From NCBI GenBank assembly GCA_964384035.1, contig CAYLIB010000005.1:41107-105106 (forward strand): a DNA stretch of 64,000 nt. Direction: 5' to 3'. The position numbers and the translations under genes were made by a program. Shown here piece by piece: positions 10,490 to 18,550 of the stretch. The first letter of the stretch is position 1; the number at the start of each line of letters is the position of its first letter. The notes under the pieces were generated by a model, which saw only the letters and a program-made list of their open reading frames with translations, made no database searches and had not been told where the DNA came from. Origin of the DNA: an uncultured Candidatus Saccharibacteria bacterium (GTDB lineage Bacteria; Patescibacteriota; Doudnabacteria; UBA920).

Positions 10490-10936
10490 ATGTTTTACTA
10501 TTTTATTTTTTTTGTATTTACCTGTGTTGCGGTTACATCTGATTTAAGAACGCGAGAAATTCCAAATTTAATAACCCTTGGGGGTAGTGTTGTTGGAATA
10601 GTATTGTCGTTCGTGTTATTTGGGCAAACTGCAATGGTGTTATCCTTGTTTGCTGTTTTAATTTCTTTATTGGTATCGGTGTTTGCTATTAAATGGGAAT
10701 TAGTAGGTGGGGGAGATGCTAAGCTACTCATAATGTTTGCTAGTTTTTTATGGTATCCAAATTTTATTCATTCATTGATACATATTGCCATAGCTGGTGG
10801 AGTTGTTAGTCTTATTTTGACTTTAAAAGAGAGCTGGTTCACAAAAAAAAGCTTGGAGTTGTCTTTAAAGACTGTGTATATTCCATATTCATTAGCATTT
10901 TTCTTTGGTTTAATATCCTTTTATTTATTCAGATAA
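10490..10936 (+). CDS. tadV: Prepilin peptidase TadV/CpaA (A24 family)
   Basis: IPN then GGGDAKLLIMFASFL (the two Asp-containing A24 motifs). 148 aa polytopic. Confidence 0.6.
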   Translation: MFYYFIFFVFTCVAVTSDLRTREIPNLITLGGSVVGIVLSFVLFGQTAMVLSLFAVLISLLVSVFAIKWELVGGGDAKLLIMFASFLWYPNFIHSLIHIAIAGGVVSLILTLKESWFTKKSLELSLKTVYIPYSLAFFFGLISFYLFR

Positions 10937-11065
10937 AGAGCTTAAATAGGCGCATTTTAAACGTTATTAAGTGAATTTGACCATAAATTATAAAATATTT
11001 CGCATATTTGTGAGGGTTTGATATACTTAATTTACGTATATTACTATGTTTTTTGAAATAAATAT

Positions 11066-11094
11066 TGACAAAAATAAAAAATTGTGTTAAAATT
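11066..11094 (+). promoter_or_regulatory. Consensus sigma70-type promoter with extended -10
   Basis: TTGACA (11066-11071), 17-nt spacer, TGT-TAAAAT; about 40 nt upstream of the ammonia-lyase ATG. Confidence 0.55.
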
Positions 11095-11134
11095 GAATTT
11101 AAACCTTTTAATTTCTTTTTTAACACCAATCACC

Positions 11135-12685
11135 ATGGCAGATAGACAAATAATTTTAGACGGAAGTAGTCTAACTTTAGGTCATATTGAACGTTTGATT
11201 AGTGAGCCTGGAGTTCAGGTTGTGCTATCACAAAAAAACTTGGCTAAGGTTCAGGCTTCTTTTGAGTTAGTAAATAAAGAGCAGAAAGAAAGGGTTACTT
11301 ACGGTGTAAATACTGGTTTTGGCCCAATGGCTTCGTATCTATTGGGTCGTGATCAGTTAGTCGAACTTCAATATAATTTACTTAGAAGTCACGCGGCTGG
11401 AATAGGTGAACCTATAGAAGAAAAATATGTTTTAGCCGCTATGGTTATTAGGTTAAACACTTTAGCAAAAGGTTTTTCAGGTGTATCTGTTGATTTGCTT
11501 GAAACACTTAAGGATATTATTAACAATAAAATAGTACCTGTTATTCCAGAACATGGTTCTGTTGGTACAAGTGGCGACCTCGTTCAATTAGCACATATTG
11601 GTTTAGCAGTAATAGGTGAAGGTGAGGTTTTTTACAAAGGTAAAAGAATGCAAACAGCCAAAGCTTTCAAGCTTGCCGGTTTAAAACCGCATAAGCTTCA
11701 TCCAAAAGAAGGTCTCTCTTTAATAAACGGAACTTCTACGATGAGTGGAATAGCTGCTTGCAATGTAATTACTGCTCAAAACCTTTTAAAGGTTGCTTTA
11801 CAAAATGGTGCATTCGCACTTGAGATGGTAAATGGTTTTCAAGATAGTATATCTAAAGAATTACACCTTACCCGTCCTCATCCTGGACAAATGTCTATTG
11901 CCGAAGATCTTAGAAATCTTTTGGTGTCTTCTAAGAGACTACGAAATAGAGATGAATTTGCAAAGAGTTCTGTAATAAACCACGATGTCTACCAAATACC
12001 AGAATCTGTGCAGGAAGTCTATTCGCTTCGTTGTATTCCTCAAATACTTGGACCAATTCGAGAGACTATAGAAGAAGTAGCAAAAGTCGTAGAAATTGAA
12101 ATGAACTCAGTAACAGATAATCCTGTAGTTGATACTACTAAGAATACTTTCTTGCATGGCGGAAACTTCCATGGTGATTATATAGCCGTTGCTATGGATA
12201 GACTTAAGGCGTCTATAGTTAAGCTTACGATGCTTACAGAGCGTAGGATTAATTTCTTTCTAAATAAGAATGTTAATAAGACATTCCCACCATTCTTAAA
12301 CTTAAACAAACCTGGATTGACTTTGGCGCTGCAAGGTTTACAGTTTGTGGCAACTTCTACAACTGCAGATAACCAAACACTTGCTTTTCCCCATGCGATT
12401 CATTCCATTTCTACAAATGGTGATAATCAAGATGTAGTAAGTATGGGAACTGACGCGGCTTTATTTACAAGTAAAGTTATAGAGAATGCTTATGTGGTTA
12501 TGGCTATAGAAGCGGTTACCTTGACTCAGGCTATGGATATAGTAGATGCCAAACAAGAATTCTCTACACCGAGCCAGAGATTCTATGAAACTATAAGGAA
12601 AGTATTTCCTAAGGTAGTTGAAGATAGAGGTTTGCACACAGAACTTACAAAAGTTGTAGAAGTAATTAAAACCAAATCTAACTAG
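11135..12685 (+). CDS. Aromatic amino-acid ammonia-lyase/aminomutase family (HAL/PAL/TAL, MIO enzyme)
   Basis: GVNTGFGPMAS, LLRSHAAGIGEP and the MIO-forming tripeptide region SVGTSGDLVQLAHIGLAVIGEGE (TSG rather than ASG). Start set at ATG 11135 (MADRQIILDG...). Monocistronic, between a consensus promoter and a rho-independent terminator. Confidence 0.8.
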   Translation: MADRQIILDGSSLTLGHIERLISEPGVQVVLSQKNLAKVQASFELVNKEQKERVTYGVNTGFGPMASYLLGRDQLVELQYNLLRSHAAGIGEPIEEKYVLAAMVIRLNTLAKGFSGVSVDLLETLKDIINNKIVPVIPEHGSVGTSGDLVQLAHIGLAVIGEGEVFYKGKRMQTAKAFKLAGLKPHKLHPKEGLSLINGTSTMSGIAACNVITAQNLLKVALQNGAFALEMVNGFQDSISKELHLTRPHPGQMSIAEDLRNLLVSSKRLRNRDEFAKSSVINHDVYQIPESVQEVYSLRCIPQILGPIRETIEEVAKVVEIEMNSVTDNPVVDTTKNTFLHGGNFHGDYIAVAMDRLKASIVKLTMLTERRINFFLNKNVNKTFPPFLNLNKPGLTLALQGLQFVATSTTADNQTLAFPHAIHSISTNGDNQDVVSMGTDAALFTSKVIENAYVVMAIEAVTLTQAMDIVDAKQEFSTPSQRFYETIRKVFPKVVEDRGLHTELTKVVEVIKTKSN

Positions 12686-12693
12686 ACATTTTA

Positions 12694-12730
12694 AAAACCA
12701 CCTCCTTATAGGCGGTGGTTTTTTTGATAT
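12694..12730 (+). terminator. Rho-independent terminator
   Basis: AAAAACCACCTCC-TTAT-AGGCGGTGGTTTTTTT: GC stem (one U/C mismatch) plus T-run, directly after the lyase stop. Confidence 0.6.
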
Positions 12731-12758
12731 TTATATCTCCTGATATAATTCTTAATGT

Positions 12759-13082
12759 ATGATTACTAATAATATAGAAATAAATTTCAGGAGAATATTG
12801 GAGAAAGAGGGTTATGGGAATTTCCAGGTCAAAAAAGACTCAGCTGGTAAAAGGATAGCCCCTCACAGACATGATTACAAGTTGGCTCATGTAGTATTGG
12901 AGGGGCAATTAACTGTTACTGTATTTGGGAGACCGACTATTTTAGATAGCGGGGATAGGTTGGATGTTCCTGCGGGGGTAATACATGAGGCGGTTAGTGG
13001 TGCTAATGGGTCTGAATATTTAATTGCTGAGAAGATGGAGAATGAAAAAAGTGAAAATGAAAACAAACCTACCGTTAGCTGA
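12759..13082 (+). CDS. Cupin-domain protein
   Basis: 107 aa; HRHDYKLAHVVLEGQL...GDRLDVPAGVIHEAV (two-His cupin motifs). TGaTATAAT extended -10 at 12741-12749 leaves almost no leader, so the mRNA is possibly leaderless. Confidence 0.5.
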   Translation: MITNNIEINFRRILEKEGYGNFQVKKDSAGKRIAPHRHDYKLAHVVLEGQLTVTVFGRPTILDSGDRLDVPAGVIHEAVSGANGSEYLIAEKMENEKSENENKPTVS

Positions 13083-13752
13083 AATTATAAAATTAAAAAA
13101 TAAACAACGGGCTAAGACCAATGCCTGGTTTTTTAAAACTGGAGAAGGGGAGTATGGAGAAGGAGATGAGTTTTTAGGCGTTACGGTTCCGGATGTACGA
13201 AGGGTTGCAAGGAAGTATAAGAATTCAAGTACTTTGGATATTCAAGGGCTTTTGGAGTCTAAATTTCATGAGGCTAGATTATTAGGGCTATTTATCCTAG
13301 TAGGACAATTTGAAAGATCTGAAAATGCTGGACAAGAGGTTATTGTTCATTTTTATGTGAAAAATATAGCTAGGGTTAATAATTGGGATCTTGTAGACTC
13401 GTCTGCACATAAAATATTGGGAGCGTATTTGTTTGATAAAGACAGAAGAATGCTCTATCAGTTAGCGTCTTCTAAGGACTTGTGGAAGAGAAGAATAGCG
13501 ATTGTTTCAACATGGTATTTTATAAAGAATGGTGATATACAAGAAACCTTTAAAATTTCCGAAATATTGATGGATGATAAGAGAGACTTGATTCATAAAG
13601 CAATAGGGTGGATGCTTCGCGAAGTCGGTAAGGTGGATGAGCAGGCGATGATAGATTTTTTACGTCGGAATAAAAAAATATTACCAAGAACGGCTTTGAG
13701 GTATGCAATAGAGAGACTTTCAGATAGACTGAAGAAGGACTTAATGAAATAG
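13042..13752 (+). CDS. AlkD/AlkC-like DNA alkylation repair glycosylase (HEAT-like repeats)
   Basis: NAWFFKTGEGEYGEGDEFLGVTVPDVRRVARKY; WDLVDSSAHKILGAY; KRRIAIVSTWYF; HKAIGWMLREVGK. Start taken at 13042 (MKKVKMKTN), overlapping the cupin 3' end. Confidence 0.65.
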   Translation: MKKVKMKTNLPLAEIIKLKNKQRAKTNAWFFKTGEGEYGEGDEFLGVTVPDVRRVARKYKNSSTLDIQGLLESKFHEARLLGLFILVGQFERSENAGQEVIVHFYVKNIARVNNWDLVDSSAHKILGAYLFDKDRRMLYQLASSKDLWKRRIAIVSTWYFIKNGDIQETFKISEILMDDKRDLIHKAIGWMLREVGKVDEQAMIDFLRRNKKILPRTALRYAIERLSDRLKKDLMK

Positions 13753-13768
13753 GAAAGATAAAAAATAT

Positions 13769-14914
13769 ATGAAAGAAAAAATAGATAGGGAATCTTATAA
13801 GCCGGTTTTGGTAAACGATATTAATGACAGACCAAAGCTTAATCAGATAGTGAGGGGAGAAAATTTCTTTTTGGCAGATCAGATAGAGGATTTTATATTA
13901 GAATTATTCCTTTTAAGAAACCCCAAATATAAATTCATAAAGGAATACACGAAAGAATTTGATAAATTTAAAAACAAATACAGTAAAGGTGGGGATTTAG
14001 ATGCTGTAGGAAAGTGGTTTTATTTTCCATGGTTGAATACTTTCATTCATTTTTTAGATGAAAAGGATCATAATGAGATGCGTACTGGAAGAAATAGGAA
14101 TTTAATTACTAAACAGGAACAAGAAAAGTTTTATAATTCTTCGGTTGCTGTTCTGGGTATGAGCGTGGGGAGTCATGCAGCATTAACTATTGCTATGACC
14201 GGTGGAGCTAAATTTATGAAATTGGTAGATTTTGATGTAATTGGAGGCTCTAATTTAAACAGAATAAGAACGGGCTATCAGAATGTTGGTCTGAAGAAAG
14301 TTGTTGCAGTCGCAAGGCAAATTTATGAGATGAATCCATATAGTCAGGTAGAAATTTATGAAGAGGGTATTACAGAGAATAATATGGAAAGGATTTTTGG
14401 GTCTAAGAGGAAAATGGATTTGATAGTAGAGGAAATGGATAGTCCTTATTTTAAAATGAAAATAAGAGAGATGGCGAAAAGGAAGAAAATTCCGGTTATT
14501 ATGGCAGCAGATCATCACGATAATGCAGTCGTGGATATCGAACGATATGATTCGAAATCTAATCTACCTTTACTCCATGGATTATTTGGTGATAAACCAA
14601 CTGAGGAATTTAAAACAATTGAACCTAAGGAGATAGTCGGAGTAATATCTAAAATGGCCGGCGCTAAGCATTCAAGCCTAAGAATGCTAGAGTCCGTAGG
14701 CGAGGTAGGGAAGACTTTATATTCCTGGCCACAGTTGGGTACTGCCGCTAGTCTTTGTGGGAGTGTGTTGGCACAATTGGCTCGGAGAATTTTGGTAGGA
14801 GAAAAAGTAAATTCAGGTAGGGTGAATGTGGATACAACAAGTTATTTTGTGAAAGCGGATAATAAAGATGAAGTTAGAAAAGCAAAAATACTTAAACTAC
14901 TAGGTGTGGAATAA
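13769..14914 (+). CDS. ThiF/MoeB-fold (E1-like) protein with about 120-aa N-terminal extension
   Basis: VAVLGMSVGSHAALTIAMTGGAKFMKLVDFDVIGGSNLNRI aligns to the ThiF nucleotide-binding region; KKVVAVARQIYEMNP; C-terminal SWPQLGTAASLCGSVLAQLARRIL resembles the ThiF last helix. The glycine loop is degenerate (GMSVGS) and no CxxC is present. Confidence 0.6.
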   Translation: MKEKIDRESYKPVLVNDINDRPKLNQIVRGENFFLADQIEDFILELFLLRNPKYKFIKEYTKEFDKFKNKYSKGGDLDAVGKWFYFPWLNTFIHFLDEKDHNEMRTGRNRNLITKQEQEKFYNSSVAVLGMSVGSHAALTIAMTGGAKFMKLVDFDVIGGSNLNRIRTGYQNVGLKKVVAVARQIYEMNPYSQVEIYEEGITENNMERIFGSKRKMDLIVEEMDSPYFKMKIREMAKRKKIPVIMAADHHDNAVVDIERYDSKSNLPLLHGLFGDKPTEEFKTIEPKEIVGVISKMAGAKHSSLRMLESVGEVGKTLYSWPQLGTAASLCGSVLAQLARRILVGEKVNSGRVNVDTTSYFVKADNKDEVRKAKILKLLGVE

Positions 14915-14968
14915 GCCACTTTAAATTAGTGGTATAATATAGGTGCTAAAATTTTATCCCGAAAGGGG

Positions 14969-15205
14969 GTGATAAGTTTGAAAATAGTTCACATGATCGC
15001 CTTTATACTCCTAGTCGTCGGTGGTTTAAACTGGGGAATACAAGGTGCGTTTATGGTTAATGTTGTTGAGAAAATATTGGGTACTGGTATGCTCGTTATG
15101 GTGGTGTACGTATTAGTTGGTTTGGCAGCGATATTTGAAGTAGTCACTCACAAGTGGAATTGCAAACAATGTGCTGGTGGTATGTCTCCAATGAATAAAA
15201 TGTAA
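14969..15205 (+). CDS. DUF378-family small membrane protein
   Basis: LLVVGGLNWGIQGAF motif typical of DUF378; 78 aa, 2 TM. Confidence 0.55.
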   Translation: MISLKIVHMIAFILLVVGGLNWGIQGAFMVNVVEKILGTGMLVMVVYVLVGLAAIFEVVTHKWNCKQCAGGMSPMNKM

Positions 15206-15217
15206 TTTTGAATTACT

Positions 15218-16318
15218 ATGAAACCCTCCCTCTGGAGGGTTTTGTTTTTACAAGTTGTAATTTATAGTAAGGCTATGGATTTTAATTTATTTAGTACAAT
15301 TGGTTTTTATGCCGGATGTGTGTTGGGTTCTGTTGGTTTATTTTCCGGTAAGTGGTATAGAAAGGATTTTGAGAATATAGTACTTATATTTTTTCTTTCT
15401 TTACTTATCGTGCTTTTAGTCTTTGGATGGGCAAGTTATAGCGATTTCGAAATACCTAAACTAATACAGGTTGGGATATTCGTTGGGGCGTTTTCTTTCT
15501 TGTTGGCTTTTGCAAAGGTGTTTAGAGAAAGGGTGTTGTTGCGAATAAATGAACTTACTATAGTAGGTTTAAATGTCTTATTGGGGTGCTTGTTGTTCGT
15601 GTTGCAATCGGGGTCGTTTATATGGTTAGTATTTTTAATTCCTACCTATATTACTTTCCTAGTTGCATTGTTTCCTGTCTATTTGTCTCCAAGGGTAAGA
15701 GTTGGGCTTTATTGCTGGTATTTGACTATGCTTCTGCTGTTAACTGTTTTTCTTGCTGGGCAGCAGGCTATCTTGCCTTTTGTTAATTATAAAGTAGGGT
15801 ACCCTGTGCTTAGTTACTTTATCTCAGGTACAATTTTTGCTTATGCTGTGATCCATTTTACGTATTTGTTTAGATTATTTCCATATAAGAGAGAGGCAGA
15901 GTCAGAAATTTATTTTAACGAAAGATTGATTGAACATTTTAATTCATTAAGTAATAAATTTTCCCCTGATCAATATCATTTTCTTTCCGTTTTGTTTGTA
16001 GTGGCGTTAGTTTGTTTTGTATTTTTCTTCTGTTTGGCAATGGGGGTATTCAGCTTATCTTCAACGGTAGCATTAATATTTTTAATTATTAGTATAGTGC
16101 AGACTTTATTTAACAAATTTTTTAAAACTAAATCTGAATATAAAAATGGTTTGTTAGAGGTTATGAAATCAGAACACGAAAATGTGTTTCCGGCTAAGGT
16201 GGTAGTTTTTGCGCCTATAGTTTTGGTTTCGATAGTCTTATTGGTTTTTACGGTTTTTTGGCCAAATAAAGCTTATGAAGAGGCAAGGACTTTGTTTTAT
16301 TGGTTAATTTACGGTTAA
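15218..16318 (+). CDS. Polytopic membrane protein, unknown
   Basis: 366 aa, about 9 TM, no motif recognised. Confidence 0.4.
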   Translation: MKPSLWRVLFLQVVIYSKAMDFNLFSTIGFYAGCVLGSVGLFSGKWYRKDFENIVLIFFLSLLIVLLVFGWASYSDFEIPKLIQVGIFVGAFSFLLAFAKVFRERVLLRINELTIVGLNVLLGCLLFVLQSGSFIWLVFLIPTYITFLVALFPVYLSPRVRVGLYCWYLTMLLLLTVFLAGQQAILPFVNYKVGYPVLSYFISGTIFAYAVIHFTYLFRLFPYKREAESEIYFNERLIEHFNSLSNKFSPDQYHFLSVLFVVALVCFVFFFCLAMGVFSLSSTVALIFLIISIVQTLFNKFFKTKSEYKNGLLEVMKSEHENVFPAKVVVFAPIVLVSIVLLVFTVFWPNKAYEEARTLFYWLIYG

Positions 16319-16384
16319 GGGTTTATTTAATTTTTTAAGTTTGTTAAAATTTCGCTTATAAAAGCGATATTTTTATTGTTTGTA

Positions 16385-16413
16385 TTGACAAAGTTAGTAA
16401 AAAAAAATATACT
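16385..16413 (+). promoter_or_regulatory. Sigma70-type promoter
   Basis: TTGACA (16385-16390), 17 nt, TATACT; followed by GGAGG RBS at 16439 and ATG at 16448. A short hairpin with T-run at 16351-16378 precedes it. Confidence 0.5.
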
Positions 16414-16447
16414 CGTGAGTTTAGAAACGACATACCTTGGAGGAACT

Positions 16448-17227
16448 ATGGATTTTGGGAAGCTGAAACGAGAATTATTTTTCCTTTATGAATTACATTC
16501 GGGGAAAGTCTTAGGACTAGTACCTGCAATAATTGTGGGTGGCATGTTCTTATTCTCGCTCACCCATAATTCTAGCCCCCAAGGGGGAATGCCTGCAGTA
16601 GAGCAGGCGATCGCCGAAGAGTTTTTGAAATCATCCCGAAAAGTGGATATTAAAGCTTTGGAGGCTTCGCTTAGGGAAGAGAGTTTGAGACTTAAGGGTA
16701 CTGAGAACAATGCTTCGTTTATTGTCGCACCAACTGGTGGTGCTACAGGAGCGCCAGCTCCACTTCCACAGAAAATTGGGACGACTTTGTCGCTAGTGCC
16801 GAAAACTGGCAAGGTAGAGTTGGGTGAAGTTGGGATACCAAGGCGTGGGTCGGCTGTAAGGGATTCAGCTACTGTGGTTTTAGCCGAACGGCTAAAGAAG
16901 TTAAACGAACTTATTCCCGTTACAGTAACAGATGTTACTGGCGGGGGACACAAAAGCCCGTGCCATAGAAGCAGGGGTAGCGAGAGCGGTAACTGTGCTG
17001 ATGTGAGCTTTGAAACACGTCAGCCATGGCCATATGAGTTACCTAGATCTTTACGCCCCACCCAGGCTCAGAAATGGGATAAAGTTTGCAAACATGCCAA
17101 GGATGTGAACCTGGATGTTTGGAATGAAACCGGCTTCCCAGAAGCGCAAGTGCCAGCGTGTGGTCCCAGTAAGAAGAATAAGCGTTCTACTGGACCGCAT
17201 CTTCACATGTCGCTAGTGGAGGATTAA
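16448..17227 (+). CDS. Secreted/membrane-anchored LAS-superfamily (peptidase M15-like) domain protein, putative cell-wall hydrolase
   Basis: N-terminal TM/signal anchor; C-terminal HKSPCHRSRGSESGNCADVSF and GPHLHMSLVED fit the H...D...H zinc-ligand pattern of M15/VanY-type peptidases. Weak, motif-level call only. Confidence 0.35.
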   Translation: MDFGKLKRELFFLYELHSGKVLGLVPAIIVGGMFLFSLTHNSSPQGGMPAVEQAIAEEFLKSSRKVDIKALEASLREESLRLKGTENNASFIVAPTGGATGAPAPLPQKIGTTLSLVPKTGKVELGEVGIPRRGSAVRDSATVVLAERLKKLNELIPVTVTDVTGGGHKSPCHRSRGSESGNCADVSFETRQPWPYELPRSLRPTQAQKWDKVCKHAKDVNLDVWNETGFPEAQVPACGPSKKNKRSTGPHLHMSLVED

Positions 17228-17282
17228 AGCCTATGTTACTAAGATAGCTATTGCTTAGTGGACATAGGTTTATTTTTATCTT

Positions 17283-17308
17283 AAAAAAACCGCTTTCGCG
17301 GTTTTTTG
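17283..17308. terminator. Bidirectional rho-independent terminator between convergent genes
   Basis: AAAAAACCGC-TTTC-GCGGTTTTTTGTT. A second hairpin (CCTATGT...ACATAGG) sits at 17231-17272. Confidence 0.6.
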
Positions 17309-17518
17309 TTATTGTTCGGGGGCGGCTTCGAATTTGGGCTTGAAGGATTCGAACCATTGTTTTTTGGCTTCTTCGGACATTTTGTCCATAACCATTTTAA
17401 GTACTGTGTGTTTGTCTACTATATGTTGAGCAAAGTTTTTGGCCATATCTTCTGCGGTTTCACCGGAGACTATGTCGTCACACATTCCACCTATTTTAAG
17501 GCAAGACATTTGTTTCAT
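17309..17518 (-). CDS. DUF1059-family small protein
   Basis: MKQMSCLKIGGMCDDIVSGETAEDMAKNFAQHIVDKH matches the DUF1059 N-terminal Cys pair pattern; 69 aa. Confidence 0.5.
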   Translation of the reverse strand: MKQMSCLKIGGMCDDIVSGETAEDMAKNFAQHIVDKHTVLKMVMDKMSEEAKKQWFESFKPKFEAAPEQ

Positions 17519-17555
17519 TTGAGTTCTTTTAATTAGTTTAATTTTATCAGTAGAC

Positions 17556-17583
17556 TTGAATTAATTCAAAATGTATACTATAA
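17556..17583 (+). promoter_or_regulatory. 14-bp perfect palindrome overlapping a putative -35, plus -10 element (operator/promoter)
   Basis: TTGAATTAATTCAA (17556-17569), then TATACT/TATAAC (17574-17583), 28 nt before the GGAGGGG RBS. Lies between divergent genes. Confidence 0.35.
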
Positions 17584-17610
17584 CATAAATCAAATTAATT
17601 GGAGGGGATT

Positions 17611-18162
17611 ATGAAAAACGAAAAGTTTGTGAGTCTTGAGAAAATGGTGAAGTCTCGTATAGTGGAGACATTGGTAGAGGAAATGTTGCAGCGTTCCGGA
17701 TTTACAGTTTACAGGTTTGGGAAAGAGAATTATGCCAAGCAATTAGATGATTTAATTCCCAAAAATTTTAACCTTCGACATATTAAAAAATTTCGTTTTC
17801 GTCCAGATTTTGAAATAATTTTTCCGGATGGGGAAAAGCGCATGTTACTGGAAGTGAAGTTTCGATGGGATAATAAACTCAATAAAGAGTGTGAAGACCC
17901 TTCGCGATTCCGTGCATTACGAGAACACTGGCCAGGAACAATTGTGGTTGTGGTTAACAAAATAAAACCACCTTACTTTAGGGTATTTAAAGAACCATAT
18001 ACAACTATAGATAAGGATTTTGGGGAAGTTGGGCTTTTGGACTCTGTAGAATTGGGAGAGCATATAAGTCCTGAAATTTACAACATGTGTGAGGAGATGG
18101 TATTTAGTTTATTTCAGGGTTTAGACTGCCAACTTCATAATAGAACTTGTATTAGGAGTTAA
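17611..18162 (+). CDS. PD-(D/E)xK nuclease-fold protein, uncharacterised
   Basis: RFRPDFEIIFPDGEKRMLLEVKFRW gives the D...E-x-K arrangement. Strong RBS GGAGGGG (17601-17607); start set at ATG 17611. Confidence 0.45.
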   Translation: MKNEKFVSLEKMVKSRIVETLVEEMLQRSGFTVYRFGKENYAKQLDDLIPKNFNLRHIKKFRFRPDFEIIFPDGEKRMLLEVKFRWDNKLNKECEDPSRFRALREHWPGTIVVVVNKIKPPYFRVFKEPYTTIDKDFGEVGLLDSVELGEHISPEIYNMCEEMVFSLFQGLDCQLHNRTCIRS

Positions 18163-18197
18163 AGCACACAAAAGTGCTTTTTTGTTAATATGAATAT

Positions 18198-18476
18198 ATG
18201 AACCAATTTTCTTACATATTAATTTTAGTCCTGGTAATTTTAAATTTCGTTTCTTTCTTACTAGTTGGTGCAGATAAGAAAAAAAGTCAGACAGATTCTT
18301 CCCGAATACCCGAAGTGTACTTATTTTTTCTAGCTAGTATTTTTGGCTCGGTTGGGGTATTTATTGGGATGTTTGTTTTTCATCATAAAACTCGAAAATT
18401 GTATTTCCCTGTAGGCATAGGTGTGTTACTGCTCCAACAAATAGCCTTAGTCTATTTGCTTTTAGATTTTGCTTGA
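18198..18476 (+). CDS. DUF1294-family membrane protein
   Basis: GADKKKSQTDSSRIPEVYLFFLASIFGSVGVFIGMFVFHHKTRKLYF matches the DUF1294 pattern (GxDKxxA...RIPE...HKT.K). Confidence 0.55.
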   Translation: MNQFSYILILVLVILNFVSFLLVGADKKKSQTDSSRIPEVYLFFLASIFGSVGVFIGMFVFHHKTRKLYFPVGIGVLLLQQIALVYLLLDFA

Positions 18477-18550
18477 CCAAGAATCTTTCAGTATGTTAAC
18501 TTCTAGCGTACGTCAGTTAGAATGTTAACTATTTGAATTGGAGGATTGCG

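Noticed and set aside
10929-11129. 66-aa minus-strand ORF
   Set aside because: Sits in the AT-rich promoter region of the ammonia-lyase; low complexity; no RBS.
17346-17356. GGATTCGAACC, resembling a tRNA T-loop (reverse strand)
   Set aside because: Lies inside the DUF1059 coding sequence; the flanking bases do not form a T-stem, acceptor stem or any cloverleaf.
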